DNA from: Neocallimastix sp. 'constans'
Lineage: Eukaryota
Reading direction: 5' to 3'
Assembly: GCA_050613775.1 (NCBI GenBank)
Contig: JBODTK010000016.1
Span: forward strand, 1,364,001 to 1,428,000
DNA length: 64,000 bases
Below, one piece after another: positions 13,131-37,369 of this stretch; position 1 is the stretch's first letter; each line of letters opens with the position of its first letter. The translations under genes were made by a program, and so were the position numbers. A model generated the notes under the pieces. The model was not told the DNA's origin. It worked only from the letters and a program-made list of their open reading frames with translations, and did no database searches.

Positions 13131-15687
13131 ATTACTATTATTATCATTCATCATTATTAATTATTATTTATTATAATTACTAATAATTATTAATTATTTA
13201 TTATTATTATTAATTTATTACTACTATTACTAACTATTAATTATTAATTTTTATTATTAATTATTAAAGCTTATTAATATATGTTTTATTATTTATTTAT
13301 TATCTTCACGAAACATTTATTTTTATATTTTTATTATCACTATTACTATTGGCTTTTATTATTAATTTTATTATTTTTAGTCTTTACAAAATATTTGATA
13401 TTTTAATATTTTTACTAGCTTTATTTATTTTATTATTAGTTTTATTTCTTTTTTTTTTTATTATTATTAGTTTTATTATTATAATATAATTATTGATCTA
13501 TATACTAATGTTATCTATTAATAAACAATATTATAAAAATGTGACATTTTTAAGTTTTATGGCATTAATATTAAAAACAAAAAAAAAATAAACTAGAAAA
13601 AAATTTGGTTACAAAATTATTATGAGATTAAAATATTAAATTAAAATATATTGATTAGTAAAAAAAGTAAAAAAACTTTTATTTAAAATTTATATATTTT
13701 ATTGATTTATTTATTTATCAATCACCTATATTAATTTTTATAATGAAAAAAATTTTGTTTACCATGTTTATTATACATATTTAAAATAGTTTTATAAAAT
13801 ATTAATAAATAAGAGAGATTACAAAAATAATATATTTAAAACTTTTTTTATTTCTTTAAAAGAAAAGGCATTTCATTAAAAACAATAAAATTTTAAAAAT
13901 AAATAAAATATTGAAAATACTGAAATAATTTTACAAATACTAAACTTTTATACATATAAAATAAATCCAATTCAAAATATTCATCATATAACTTTAAAAA
14001 TTTATTTATTATATTGAAGTTTTTTATTGAAGTTTTTATTTTAATTAATATTTAATAATAATAAACTAAAAAAAAAAATTAAAAAAAATAAATAAAAAAA
14101 AAAAAAAAAAAAGATCATCAAGAATATTATTTTTTTAAAAAAAATATACATTATATATTTAATTATTTTTCATTAACTATTTTATTAATTATTTTATTTT
14201 ATGCATAAATATCTACTATTATTCTATTATATATATATATCATTATTTAATGTTTATTTTTTATAATTTATTTTTTATTTATTTTTTATTATCATTTTCC
14301 CTATTTTCCATATGTTTTAATTTGGTTACAAAAATAATATTCAAATTATTAAAAAAAAAAAAAAAAAAAAAAAAAAGGAAAAAAAAGGAAAAAAAATGTA
14401 ACATCGATATATATTATTCATATTTAAAATTAAAAAGTATATATTAACACTTTTTATTATTTAATATATAAACTATTTAATTTTATATCTGATATTTTTA
14501 TTAATACGCATAAAATATATGAAAGGAGTTCACTATAATTCATGAGTTGATAGAACAATAGCAATATCAAATTTAAAAATAAAATTAAATTTTGTAAAGC
14601 TAAAGTTCCATTTTTCTATTTTACTTGATCATTATCATAATGAAATTATTTTATTATTTGTTTGGCTTTTTTATATTTTATAAAATAAAATTTTATTTAT
14701 TATTATATAAATTTATAATATTATAATTGATATATTAAACATTATACAATTTTAAATTTTATTTCATTATTTTATTAAATGTCTATTAAATTAATAATTC
14801 ATCTAATTTTTATTTATAATAAAAGAATTATAATTTTTATATTTTTATTTATAATTTTTTATTTTTATTTATCATTTTTTATTTTTTATTTTTTATTTTT
14901 TTTTTTTTTTTTTATTTTAAAAAAAATTTATATGTAACATATATTATCCAAATAAGTGATTTTTTTAAATTTTAATTTTAAATGAAAAATTTAAAACAAT
15001 AATAATTTAATTAACAGTATAAAAATTTTTATCATCAAAATTGATTGATTATATGTACTTTATAAAAAAAAAAAAAAAAAAAATGGAGTATTTTTATATA
15101 TCATAACTATAAATATCTTAAAAAAAAAATTATTGCTCATTATAAGAATTTTAACATTTTAACAGTGGTAATTTATTTCTAAAAAAAATAAAAAAAAATA
15201 AAAAAAATAAAAAAAAGATTAAGAATATATAATATATACTAATTGAATAATGAATTAAATTATTTATATTATTCATTACTTACTCATACTATATGTTTAT
15301 GACTAGTGAATGGTAATGTATTATTTATATTTATGAAATATTATATAAATACAAAAGTGTACCCTTTTTAATGAAGTACTTTGAGTATTACTTTTTATTT
15401 ATAAAGTTTTTATTTAATTAAAATAAAGTCATATGATAACAAATTCCACATTAATTCTATAATAATGGATATTAAATATTCTGTAGTCTCTTAAATTACT
15501 TTTTATTAAATATAAAAAAAAATACAATATAAAGAAAAAATTGATTTGAAAGTATATTAATATATAGTGAATTAATATATTATATATTTATATTATTTTA
15601 ATATCACAAAATAATAAGGAATACTTTAAATTAAACATATAAATAAAATTTTAATGTTTATATTAAAAAAAAAATATGATTATTATT

Positions 15688-15743
<56 letters not shown>

Positions 15744-18700
15744 TTTTGGTTGGTTGGTTGGTTGGTTGGTTTTGTTTGTTAATAAATTACAAAAATTTTA
15801 GTATTACATAATAAATAAGTAAAAATAATAAATAAAAATAAGAATATCAGTATTTATATCAATATAATAATTAAAAGTCTTTTTCATTTTTATGTACAAT
15901 AATTAACCAAAAAAAATTATAATATCATGGAAATTCTCTGGTAGATATATCATAATAATATATATATATTATTAATTTAGATATGATATAATCTAATAAA
16001 TAAATAAATATTATATCAAAAAATAAAGGTAAAAAAAATATATATATAACCATTAAATTTTTCTTAAATAATAAAGGTCATCAAAAGTATAATTATTATT
16101 AATTTTTAAATCTAGTAATAAACTTAATAAAAAATACCAGATAAATGAAAGCCACATGTATTTTAAATATATTAAAAATAATCAATAAAAAAATTATAAC
16201 ATTTATAAAGAAAAAGTATTAAATATATATTAAATATATATTTTATATATTTTAATATAAAAAAATTTTTTTATTTTTAATAAACAAATATTAATTATAA
16301 TTTAATATCAATAATTAAAAATAATTTTTCTAACTTATTATTAGTATAATAATAATAAAAAAAATACTAAAATTATAAATTTAAATGAATTAAAATAAAT
16401 ATAATTTATTTCAACTTTTAATGAGTGTGGATATTTTTTAAAATCATAATCAATAACATATATAAATTATTTAATTTAAATATTATTAAATAAAATTTGA
16501 AATTATTTGTTGACCTTTAATATTATATTAATAAATATAATTATATTGAATGATTTACATTTAATTTATCTTATATTAAAAGACAACATTATTTAATAGA
16601 TTATAAAAAAATTAAAAAAAATATTGCCATTTAAATTTAATATAATATATTGAATTTAAATTTAAGATATATTTACTTTTATAAATGTTTATTAACAACC
16701 TTTTCATGACAGTTTTTTAAATTTTTTCTTATTTATTTCATTTAACTTTCCTTAAAATAATATTTATTTAGTAGCTTAATTAAATATATATTTATTTAAT
16801 TCTTTTTAATATATAATTAATTTTTATTTTTTAATTTCTTAACATTATTAAATAATAATTATCTAAACATAATAATAATATCTTTTTTTTATAATTATAT
16901 ATAATTCTTTTTTAAACTAATAATTAAAGATTTTTTTTTTAATCATTTTATATAATTCCTTATCTAAACTAATAATTATTTATTCCTGCTTTTTTTTAAT
17001 ATTAATCATATATTGTTATTTATACTAATAATTATAATATTATTATAATAATTATATATATTTATATTACCTTATCTAATTTAATCATAATTTTTTTTTA
17101 CTATTATATTACTTATTGGTTAGTAATCATTAGTAATCCTTATCATAAAATTGTTTTTAGAGTGGCTTTTTATTTAAAAATCAATTATATATAAGATTAG
17201 CTATTTAATATGTCAATTATATTAATTTATTAAATATTTTATTCCACTTTTTGATTATAGAACAAAAATTAATAATAGTTTTTTGGAAACTTCTTATAAG
17301 ATTTAAAATATTCAAATTATAATAAAAAATAATGTATACTCATTATCTATTGATTAGTTATAATTTATATAAAGCTTGTAAATTTTTATTGTTCAATCAT
17401 ATTAATTATGAAAAAAAATAATAACTACAAATTAATATTAAATTATTCATTATAATAAAATATATTTAATTTATAAATAAATTAATTTTAATATAATTTT
17501 TAAAATATAACAATACTAATAAAAAAACGTTTTTTTTTTTTAATTTTTAAATGAATATTATCTTTGTAAAAATATATATATATTAAAAATATATTAAATA
17601 GAAATTATTAAAATTTAATTAAAAATGTTGATTATTTAAATTATATAATAAATAAAGTTAAATAATTTATTCATTCAAATTTTCTTTTTTATAATATATA
17701 TTTAATATATTGTTTAATATAAAAATTAATTAATAATATATTATATGTAATATATAGTATATATTTAATAATTAATATAATATTAATATATGATAATATA
17801 TAATATTAATATATGATAATATATGATAATAATCTAAGTAACATTTAAAATAAAGTTTGATTTCTAATATTCTTAAATTAGAAACAAAAGAACAATAGTT
17901 TTTATATATTTTTTTTATAAAATTATACACTAAATCTATTCTATATTATAAATAAAACATTCTAAAATAATTTTTTATTTATTTTTTTTTTTCAATTGAT
18001 ATTAATATATAATATAATAGAAGATACAAAAATAGACATTATAAAATAATGGAAATGTATTATGAAGCCATCAAAGAATTAACCGTTAGAACTTTAAAAA
18101 AAATTTTTAAATATAGAAATTAATATTATTAAATTTTTTGTTTTAATTTGACTAAAAATAAAATATAGTCTAATATAAAAATTTTTTGAATTAATAAATT
18201 TTAATATGATTAAAACATATTTTTCTCAAAAAAATAATATAAGAAATTCAAATTAAAAAATTAAAGACGATATAAATATTGAATTAATAAATTTTAACAT
18301 AACTTTTTTTTTATATGGTTATATTATAAATTAAAAATAATAGTTATTAAATAATAATAAATCTAATCACAATATTAATGATTTCAATTATATTGCTATT
18401 TCATGCATATAAATTATTATATTCGCACTAGTACTTTTAATATACATTAAATATAATTTCTTCACATAAAAAAATATTTAATAAATTAATATCCTCAAAA
18501 TATAAAAATAATGAAATTTTATAAAAGGAACTTTGAATTTATTAATAATTTTATTGATTAGTAAATTGACATAATAATACATTAGTATTAATTAAATTTA
18601 TTCTTTGAAGTTTTTTTATTGATAATAATGTTCTATTATAGTAATTTAAAAAAAATGTGAATACTGTAATATAGTATTATACTACATATAATCAGTAGAA

Positions 18701-21155
18701 TCATTTAATCAATTTTAATATATTTAATTACTTTTTTATATACTACATGTAACATTGGATAAATAATTTGTAATATATTTAATTATTTATTCAATTTTAT
18801 ATATAATTTTTAATATTATTATTTATTTCATTTATTTGGTAATATTATCCATTTAAAAGGATATATACAATATATTAATATTATATATATATATATTTTA
18901 AATTAATATTATTAAATTAATATTTTAGTATTTAATATTATTATCCATTTTAAAAGGATATATATACAGTATAAATGTTATATCATTATTCTTTTTATAA
19001 TAGTATTCAATCAATAGATAATTGATTGATCAAATACAATAAAAAACATTATCCATATATAAACTTTAATATTTATAAAATAAATACCAAAATTATTGAA
19101 AATAAATAATACTAGGTTTAATTATTTTCTTTTATTATTACTTTATTACTATTATTATTTATTTATTTGTTTATTTATTTATTTATTTATTTATTTATTA
19201 TTAAAATTATTATTATTATTATTTATTACTATTATTTATTTATATTTATTTATTTATTTATTATTATTATTATAAAAATTATTAATATATATTTATGTAT
19301 TTATTATTATTATTATTATTTATTTATTTATAATTATTATTATATATTTATGTATTTATTTATAATTATTATATATTCATGTATTTATATTTATTATATA
19401 TTTATGTATTTATTATTATTTATTATTATTATTATTATATATTTTTATATCCACTTTAACAAAAATTAAATAAAAAATTGTTAATTGATTAAATTTATAT
19501 AAAATATATAAAATTAATATAAAACTTTTTTTATTTTATTTATATATAATTTTATTTATTTATTTATTTATTTATTTATTTTATTTTATTTTATTTTTGT
19601 TAAAGTTTACAATTATGTAATGTATTTTTTTTTAGATTTAGAACTATTTTAAATATTATCAAAATTATTAATAAATGTATATAACAATAGAAAAAAAAAA
19701 TTATTTTTTTTTGTTAAGATTTTTATAAATATACTAATTCTTCTTATGCTTCATAAATTTTTAAAACCTAGTAATAAAAAAATAAAAAAATAGAAAATAA
19801 TAGAAATTTCATTTTTTCGTTTTACTAATATATTTGTATTATTCATTTTTCCTTTTTCATTGTTTGTCTATTTGTTATATTTAAGAATGTAATTAGAATA
19901 AAAATAAAATGTATATTGTTCACTTTAAAAAAATGTTTTATATTTCATACCTATTAGATAAATTGTATAATCATTATGATTATTACTAAAACAATATTTT
20001 ATCATACATTACATAACTTTACACAATTAATATCATTGTTAGAAGAATAAAAAATATTTATATATTTTAAAATGTATAAATAAGGTTAATAACATTAATT
20101 TAATAAAAAAAACTTATATATAAAATTATCTAATAATAAACCAATAATAATATTTATAAATATATTTAATATATAAATATCCGAACGGGAGGTTTTAAAA
20201 ATAGCTCCCATTGAAATTACTCACTTGTCATAAGAATTTATATTAGTAAAAGTAAATATAAAAGGAATATATTACATAATAAAGAATTAAGATAATTCAT
20301 TTTTTAAACTTTATATATTATATATTTTTTAATTTAATATTTCATTTTACTTTTTTTTTATATTTATTTACCAAATTAATTATTTTTTTGTTATGTTTTT
20401 TTTTTTTTCCATTTATTAGAAAAAATATATATATTTATCCCATCCATTAATATAATATATTATATATCAATATTTTATATAAATTATAATTTCAAAATTT
20501 TCTTTTTTTAATATAATAAAAAATTTTAAAGTAGCATATCATTTTCTATATCTTTTATATTTATTTATTTATTATTAAATAAACTTTATCAAAGAATAAT
20601 GTACCTAATATATTAAAATTACATAATAATTTTCAAACATTTTATTTATTAAGTATAATAAATTTATTTTAAAAAAAAAAAAGGACTATTTATAAAATTT
20701 AAAAATAAAAAAAAAAATTTCCATAATTGTTCTAATAAAATTAAGGAGTTTTTTATTTGAAAAAAAAAATGATAAACAAATATATAAAATAAACATTAAT
20801 AATTATAAAATGTATATTTTTTAAAAAAAATTTTCCTTTTAATTTCCATTTTATTAAAATCTATAAAAAAAAATTCCTTTAAACTTTCGATTTATTTATT
20901 TTTAATTATCATTTCTATTAATTATTGATTAATTTTTGCTAATTTTCATTATATATATATTACACTATAGTTCACGTTTATTTCAATAATTTATTTATAA
21001 TTATTTCTTTAATTATAATATATACGCATTAAACTTTATCAAGTTTTAATTTTCCAATATTTTATTATTTTATATATATTTCTTTTAATTACCTAAAAAA
21101 ATATAATACAATTTAATATATTATGATATGATATAATATATATTTTTATTAATTT

Positions 21156-21195
<40 letters not shown>

Positions 21196-22673
21196 CCTAA
21201 TATATATTTTAATAACAATGAATCAAATTTAATTTTCCTTTAGTATATTTATTAAAAATGGAAAGATAGAACTATTTCATATTTTATATTAATTAATGTT
21301 TGTAATTTTTTTAAAAAAAATTTCCAATAGGCCAATTGAATTAATTTAAAAAAAAAATTTTTTTTCTATTATACTAATTGGTTCTATGTTTTATATATAA
21401 AATTAAATTTATCAATAGAAATATACATGATTCATTATAGTAGATAAAAAAAAAAAAAAAATTCTGTAATAACCATAAATGAAAACAAATACAAACTTAT
21501 TTATATATATTTTATATATATAAAAATCTATATAGTAATAACAATAAATGACAAAAAAAATTTTTTAAAAAAAAATTAAGTTTGGGTTTCTAAATTTAAT
21601 ATCTTCTAAAATAATTTATATTAATAGTAATTTTGAAATTACCAATATTTTTATAAAAGTGCAAAAGTTTTTCTACTAATAAAACTTTTATAATTTTTTG
21701 TTTTTTTATATTCTCTAAATTTGATTCGAATTTAATGCTTAAAAAAAATTTAAAAAAAAAAAAAAAAAGAATAAAATATCAATATATAATATGTTACTCT
21801 CATTATTAAATAGAAATTATAATATTTTTTTAAAATTTGTCGTTTTAACTTTTTTTTTTTTTTAATAAATAAATTCTTTTTTTAAAACCCATTTTAATCA
21901 GATTATTTTAATATACTAATAAAAAAATATTTAATAAAGTTTTTTAACAACATAAAAATGACTATACATTAAAATATAATAATAGTAAAATAAAAAATTT
22001 GTAACCTTAATCTATATATATAAAAAAAATACCGTTTTATTCCGATATATTTTATACATTTTTATATTAAAAATTCAATTTAAAGTATGAGGTTTATTAT
22101 ATTAATATTCATTTAAAATAATTTTTTTTTTTTCATCAAATGATTTATTTTTTCTACATGATATTTTTTATTCAAATTGTAAAAGATGCTCTAAACTGTT
22201 TAATATAATTAAATTTTTCCTCACCACCATATCCAATAGACATCTAAAAATAGTTTTAGAAAATTAACTCAAAGAAAGGTATTATCTCTCTTAGTGGCGA
22301 AGCTTTATTGGTAAACAAAGAATATATGTATGATAATAAATATTAAGAAGTCACTTTGCCATAAATTATAATAAAACAATAAAACTAATATTTAAATTTT
22401 TTAAAATTGAGTATAAAAAAAAAATTATAAAAAAATTAAATTTTTCATTATTTAAAAAATAATATTATAAATCAATAATATAATACCATAAAAAAAAATA
22501 AATAAATTTAAATAATTAAATTTAAAAATTTTATCATTTTTAATTATATATATATATATAAGTTTTCATAAAATCAATTTATAATTTTTAAATTTATTAG
22601 TTTTTAAAGTTTTTATAAAATCCAAGTTAAAAATTTTATATATTCAACAATATATTTATTATTATTTATTCTT

Positions 22674-22712
<39 letters not shown>

Positions 22713-22747
22713 TTAATTTTTCTTTGTGAATAAGCAGAGTATATATA

Positions 22748-23030
<283 letters not shown>

Positions 23031-23389
23031 TATTCAATATACTCATTTCATTTATGAAATTTTAATTTCTTCTTATATTCATGTATATATAAGGAAAAAG
23101 TATAACTTTTTTTTTTGTAGGCTTTGTATATATCTATATATATATATATTATTTATATATATTATTATTTATTTTATTCAAAAGTATAATATTATTATTT
23201 ATTAATTTTGGATAAAATATATATATACATATTTTTAATAAATTTCAAATATTAAAAAAATTAGTTTTTTTTTTTTTTTTTTTTTTTTTTTGTAATGTAT
23301 TATTAAAAAATTTATATATATATTATTATTATTATGATATGATATGTATAATTATTTATTTATATCCATAAACTTATTAAAAAAAGCAT

Positions 23390-26300
23390 ATTTCTCTAAT
23401 TTTTTAAAATATCACCAACGTATACCCCAAATAAGCATATAATATTTTTAAAACTTCCTTCTTTAATATAGAGGCATGGTTCACTAATCAATCTTTTAAA
23501 TCCTATATTCGAAAGGAACCTTATTTAGTTCCTTATTCCATTCTCTACCACTCTGTTTAAGACTATATATTGCTTTATTTAAATTCCAATATTTTTTATT
23601 ACAATCAGGGTGACCTTGTGGTGGTTTCATAAAAATTTTTTCAGTTAGTTTTGCATTAAGGTAGGCAGCATTCACATCTATTTGCTCTATATTAAAATTG
23701 TTTTGAGCTGCAATGGATATCAAATATTCTAATCGAGTCACTTTTCAATGTTGGTGAAAAGGTGTCTCGAAAGTCAATCCCAAATTTTTGAGTGAATTCC
23801 ATGAGCGACTAGTCTTGATTTTCTTTTAATTATGTTTCCATTGAAATCCTTTTTATGTTTTGAATATACAGCGGGATAATACAATATTACAATTCTGTGG
23901 TATTCTTTTAGCAGTTGTATAAACATTGAGTTTTTTCATATTTCCTAATTCTTCTTTTACTAATTATATCCATTCATTTTTATCTTTTAATTTAAAAATA
24001 TCTTCATATTTGTTTGGTTCTTTCAGAGCTTCTTTGAACTTCTGTTTTTTGTTTTGTTGCTTGTTGAGTTGTTCTAATTTTCTTTTATTACTAGTTTTTG
24101 ATTGTTTTAAATATTTTATAATTGAAACTTTGATGATATTATTTTCGTTAGAATTTTGATTAATTATATCTAAATTTCGTTTTTTGATTAATATTCGTTT
24201 CATTGATATTGTAATTTTGAATTTTATTATTGTATTTATTAATATATTTATTTGATTTATCGATATTACTTTCATTAACGTTGTTACTGTTGATGTTGCT
24301 ACTATTGGAATCGTTTGAATGAATATTTTTGATTGCTTTGGTATTTATATTGTTGTTGTTTATATTAGTATCGATGTCATTAGTGTCATTTTTATTATTG
24401 ATACAATTATTATTGTTGTAATTATTATTGCTAATATTACTGTTGTTACTATTATTATTGTTATTATTATTACTTTTAATATTACTATTATTATTATTAT
24501 TGTTGTTGTTAATATTGCTATTATTACTGTTATTGTTATTATTGTTAATGTTATCATTGTTACTATTGTCGTTATTATTATTTTGAGAGGTTTTGTTTTT
24601 CTTTTTGTATTTTCTTTTTTTCTGGTTATTCATTATTTCTTCCTCGTTATTTATTAAATTATTATAAAGTTTCAAAATTTCATTATAACTATCATTGTTT
24701 GATAAGTATTCATTAAAATGATTTAAATTTGATTTATTGATAATTGTTTGGTTTCGATAATCTTGATTGAGGTTTGGAAGATAAGTGTTGTTTTGGAAAT
24801 GTGTATTATTCCCCCTGATTTCATGATTTTGGATAATATTAATAGGAGTGACAATGAGTAAGATAATTATTATTACCAGAAACATTTTCAAAAAATTCAA
24901 CGGAATGGGATATAATTATTTTGATTATTGTAATATCTAAAATTTAGTAAGATTAAGGGTTAGGGTGTAACTTAGAAAAATACCTGGTAGAGTATTATTA
25001 TCAAACTTATTCCTGAATGATTTAGGAACATAGAAAAAAAACTTTACAGTCAAAAACACGAAGATTAAAATAATTTCCCTTCGATTTATAAATTAATGGT
25101 AATTTGTTAACGATGCCTTTATGTGGAAGAACATTATGAATATAATTAACAGTGGCTATTGCGTCTTCCCAAAATTGGTGACTTAACTTTGCATCGTTAA
25201 GCATAGCCTTTGCAGCATTAATAAGTGTCTCGTTAAATCGTTCAGCTCTACCATTAGATTGGGGGTTGTATGGGACAGTGAATTATTGTTGTACACTATA
25301 GTATTGGCAGAATTGCCTAAATTTTTGATTGTTGAATTCCAAACCATTATCAGACTTAATGAAATTAATTCAAGTACTGAATTGGTTTTTAATTCTATTA
25401 AACCAAAGAAGAAAACTAGAAAAAGTATCGATTTTATTTTTTAAGAATAAAACCAAGCCATATCTGGAGTAGTCATCTAATATGGTGAAGAAGTAATAAT
25501 TACCATATAGCAATTTCGGAACAGGGCCCACTAAATCCATATGTAATAATTCAAATATTCTTTTGGACTTGTTTATCGATAATTTGTGAGGCTTATTTCT
25601 AAGTTTGGAATTGGAACAAATGGGACATTTAATTGGAATTTTGATTTTTAATAATTTATTTTTTAATATTGTCAATATTAAAATGGCAAAATCTTCGATA
25701 TAATAATTCTAGTTTTTCAGAAGGTTTAAGACTAATTGAATTTAATTCTTTATTTTTATTAATATTTTTTGTATTAAAATTAATCATTTTAATTGTAATC
25801 CAAATTTTGAAAGTATTGGAAGATTTTGAAGTAACATTTGTTATTCTTTTTCCATAATTATTGTAAATGATTAATTCAGGTATATTGTTATTTGAATTGA
25901 AGACTAATTTATAATTTTGCTGAATTAATTTTCCCACGGAAATTAAGTTTTTGTTGATTTTGTCTGAATAGAAAACTTCATTAATTGAAAATATTGATGT
26001 GATTAATAAATCCATTGAAAGTGCCATCATATCTTGAAATAAGAGTACTACCATTTACTAAATGAATTTTTTCATTGCACGATCTAATTTCTGATAATAA
26101 ATTAATTTGATTCGTAATATTAATTGAAGCACCTGAATCAATTATCCAACTACTTATACTATTTCTAATTTGGTCGAGATTTTGCTTTGGGTATGTGTTA
26201 AGTAGGTTCATTTCGGCATTATTATCTGAATTATAGTTTTTAATGAAAGCATCAGCATAAGTGGAGTCATAATTATTTGAATTTTGTATAAGATTTGCAT

Positions 26301-27410
26301 ATTTTTTGTTTTTTGAATTATGACTTGAGAAGTGGTTTTTGTATTTTTTTTATTACGTTGTTCGTTTTTGGATTTTCTGAAATATTTCCTTTTATACTTA
26401 TTGTTTCTTTTTCTATAAATACATTCATAAAAGTAATGTCCCTTTTTTGACGCAATAATTACATCTTTCATTCTATATGTGTTAACTTGAATTTGGTTTT
26501 CTTCATATTGTTTTTCTTTTTATTTGCATCATTGGGGCTTTTATTAATACTAAAAATGGTGTTTGTGGTGCTTTTTTTCTGTTATTTGATTCCTTGGTAT
26601 TTGATAACAGAATTTCAGGTATTACTCTTTTTACATATTGACAGCAATTTTTCCAGTTAGAATATTGAAAAACATTGATAAATCTAGAGTTTCCGGGCAA
26701 TAACCGGTTCAATATACCTATTTTGGTGTTTTGTGGTATGTCATTATCGATTTTTTCTAGTTCATCGAAAAGGTTTTGTAAATTGACTAAAAATATATTA
26801 ATATCAGTATCGATATTAAATTTCATTAATTTTATTTTTTCATTTAGTTCCATTTTTCTTCGTCCTATATACTTTTGGTATAAGATTCCTGAAGTAGCTT
26901 CCAAATTTCATAAGCAGTTTTTTCATTACCTTCTATTATCTTGTGGGTTTTTTCCTCAAGACCGTTTATGATTATCCATTTTGTTGTGATAACATTTGTG
27001 ATATCATCTGGATTAGTACCTTTTTTATAAACTAACATATCGTCGAATTGATCTTCAATATAATTTTCAATGTCTTCTTTTATATCCTTTTTTTCTTAAT
27101 TTTCGTACTACCTGAGTGGTCACGTATTTCGAAAGTCTATTGATTGTTAAAAAGTAAAGTATTTTTCTTCTTCTCCATGATGGATAATTTTCAGTATCTA
27201 ATTTAATTATTCTGTTGAAATTTTCAGTATCTAATTTAATTATTCTGTTGAAATTTTTCAGTATTTAATTCAATTATTCTGTTGAAATTTTCAGAATAAT
27301 TTCCTTTCGATTATTAATGTCACTTTCTACACTAATTGGTTGAGGTTGTTGTTGTTGTCTTGGTCTTTTGTATGTCCTTTTATTATATTATCTTTATTAT
27401 ATAGCTTCAT
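23390..27410 (-). mobile_element. Decayed Ty1/copia retrotransposon: gag - protease - integrase - RT, truncated in RT, no RNase H or LTR seen
   Basis: Minus strand in copia order: gag start KLDTENYPSWRRRKILYFL (~27200-27150); gag body (ORF 26503-26904); frameshifted zinc knuckle CNYC..KGHYFYEC (~26460-26420); protease WIIDSGAS (~26150); YRRFCHF and CPIC; integrase ELLHMDLVGP, FTILDDYSRY, NGRAERFNETL, FWEDAIATVNYIHN, LRVFDCKVF; RT QIDVNAAYLNA, LNKAIYSLKQSGREWN, EPCLY and GVYVGD (decayed YVDD, ~23420). Many frameshifts. Confidence 0.95.
27186..27294. repeat. 33-bp tandem repeat, about 3.3 copies, inside the copia gag start
   Basis: Unit aattttcagtatctaatttaattattctgttga starts at 27186, 27219, 27252 (variant with 1 extra nt) and partially at 27286. 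Confidence 0.9.
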
Positions 27411-27890
27411 TTTATTATTCTTCTTGTTTTTAATGTTAAGGAAATTCTTACTCTATTTATATTTCTTTATACAATTTTTTAATTATAAATAAATAATTAT
27501 AATTGGATAATAATAGAATTTTTAATTTTAAATATAAAGTATATATATATAATAATTTTTTTTTTTCAAAAAAATAAAAAAAAGTATTTATTTATAGTAT
27601 ACCTTTATATTAAAAAAAAAAAAATTATTTTTTCCCTTTGAAATAACAAATTCAATAATTTGTTATTTCATTTTTAAAATCTTCAGTTTTAAATTTTTTT
27701 AAACTTTTTTTTTTTCTTTTTTTTTTAATAAATAAACTGAATATAATAACAATTAAGATCCTAACAGATCTTGAATAAAATTGAAACTATTATTTGATTG
27801 TCATTATAAATTTCCCATTATATTAATATTAAAAAAATGACACTAAAATAAATAAGTTTATAAAAAATAAGTTTATAAAATAATAATATT

Positions 27891-27940
<50 letters not shown>

Positions 27941-28132
27941 GTTAAATATAGAGTTGAATATCCAACATCTAAATACTTATTAATTTTGGTAATGTACTAC
28001 TACTTAAATAATAATTTGTAAAAAAAAAAAATATTTATTATTTGTATCATATAACAAAAAAAATATTCCTTTGATTTTTTTTTTTTTTTTTTTTTTTTAA
28101 TTTAAACTTATACTTTTATATTTCATATAAAT

Positions 28133-28192
<60 letters not shown>

Positions 28193-28435
28193 GTGATTAC
28201 TATTTTATTAAATTTAATTAATTAACAAACTTTTTAAAACTAAATTTTCATACTGGTAATAAAAATATATTTTATTAATAAATCATCTTTGTAAATTTTT
28301 TAATTTAAAAAAAAAAAAAAAAAATTGCAAAAACAATTATATGTACACTATATTTTTTTATTAATTTTATTAAAAAAAATATACATTCAAGAAAAAAAAA
28401 AAAAAATTTTTTTTTCTAATTTTTATAAAACTATG

Positions 28436-28558
<123 letters not shown>

Positions 28559-29056
28559 TATGGATATTAATTTATAAATGTTATAAATGTTATAAAAAAA
28601 AAAAAAAAAAAAAAAAATAATTTTTTTTTTTCAAGAATTTGGTTTATTAATACATTAATACAATGTTATGAAATATGAAAAGAATCAATGTATTTGAATT
28701 AAGTTAGATGTATATATTTATATTATTATTGTTGTTGTTGTTGTTTTTGATTTTTATTATATATACAAATTTTATTGAATTATTTAAATATAATAACAAA
28801 TTAAAGAAGAAATTTCTGTTGATAGTGTTTTTTTTTTTCTTTTTTTTTTTTTCTTTTTTTTTAACTTTATAAAAAAGTAATAACAATAAAAAAAAAAAAA
28901 AATAATTTAATTTATAGATTTATTAATATATAAAATTTAAATAATTTCATTATAGAAATTAAATCTTAATTTTTGTTTATTTGTTTGTTTGTTCATTTTG
29001 ATTTGTTTTTCATTTATTTATTTATTTACTTTAATTCATTTTATTGTTTTTACTAC

Positions 29057-37281
<8,225 letters not shown>

Positions 37282-37337
37282 GATATTATTATTTCATTGT
37301 TTCATTTATTAAAATTTCTCTATATTATTTTTTTTAG

Positions 37338-37369
<32 letters not shown>

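Noticed and set aside
12911..19469. Poly-I, poly-N and Y/F/I-rich ORFs, also at 28325, 34976 and 35509
   Set aside because: Translations of (TTA)n and (TTTA)n microsatellites.
20186..20210. gggag...ctccc hairpin
   Set aside because: Only about 5 bp of firm pairing; could be chance.
22180..22365. Slightly GC-richer patch that could be an exon remnant
   Set aside because: No recognisable protein motif or consistent exon chain.
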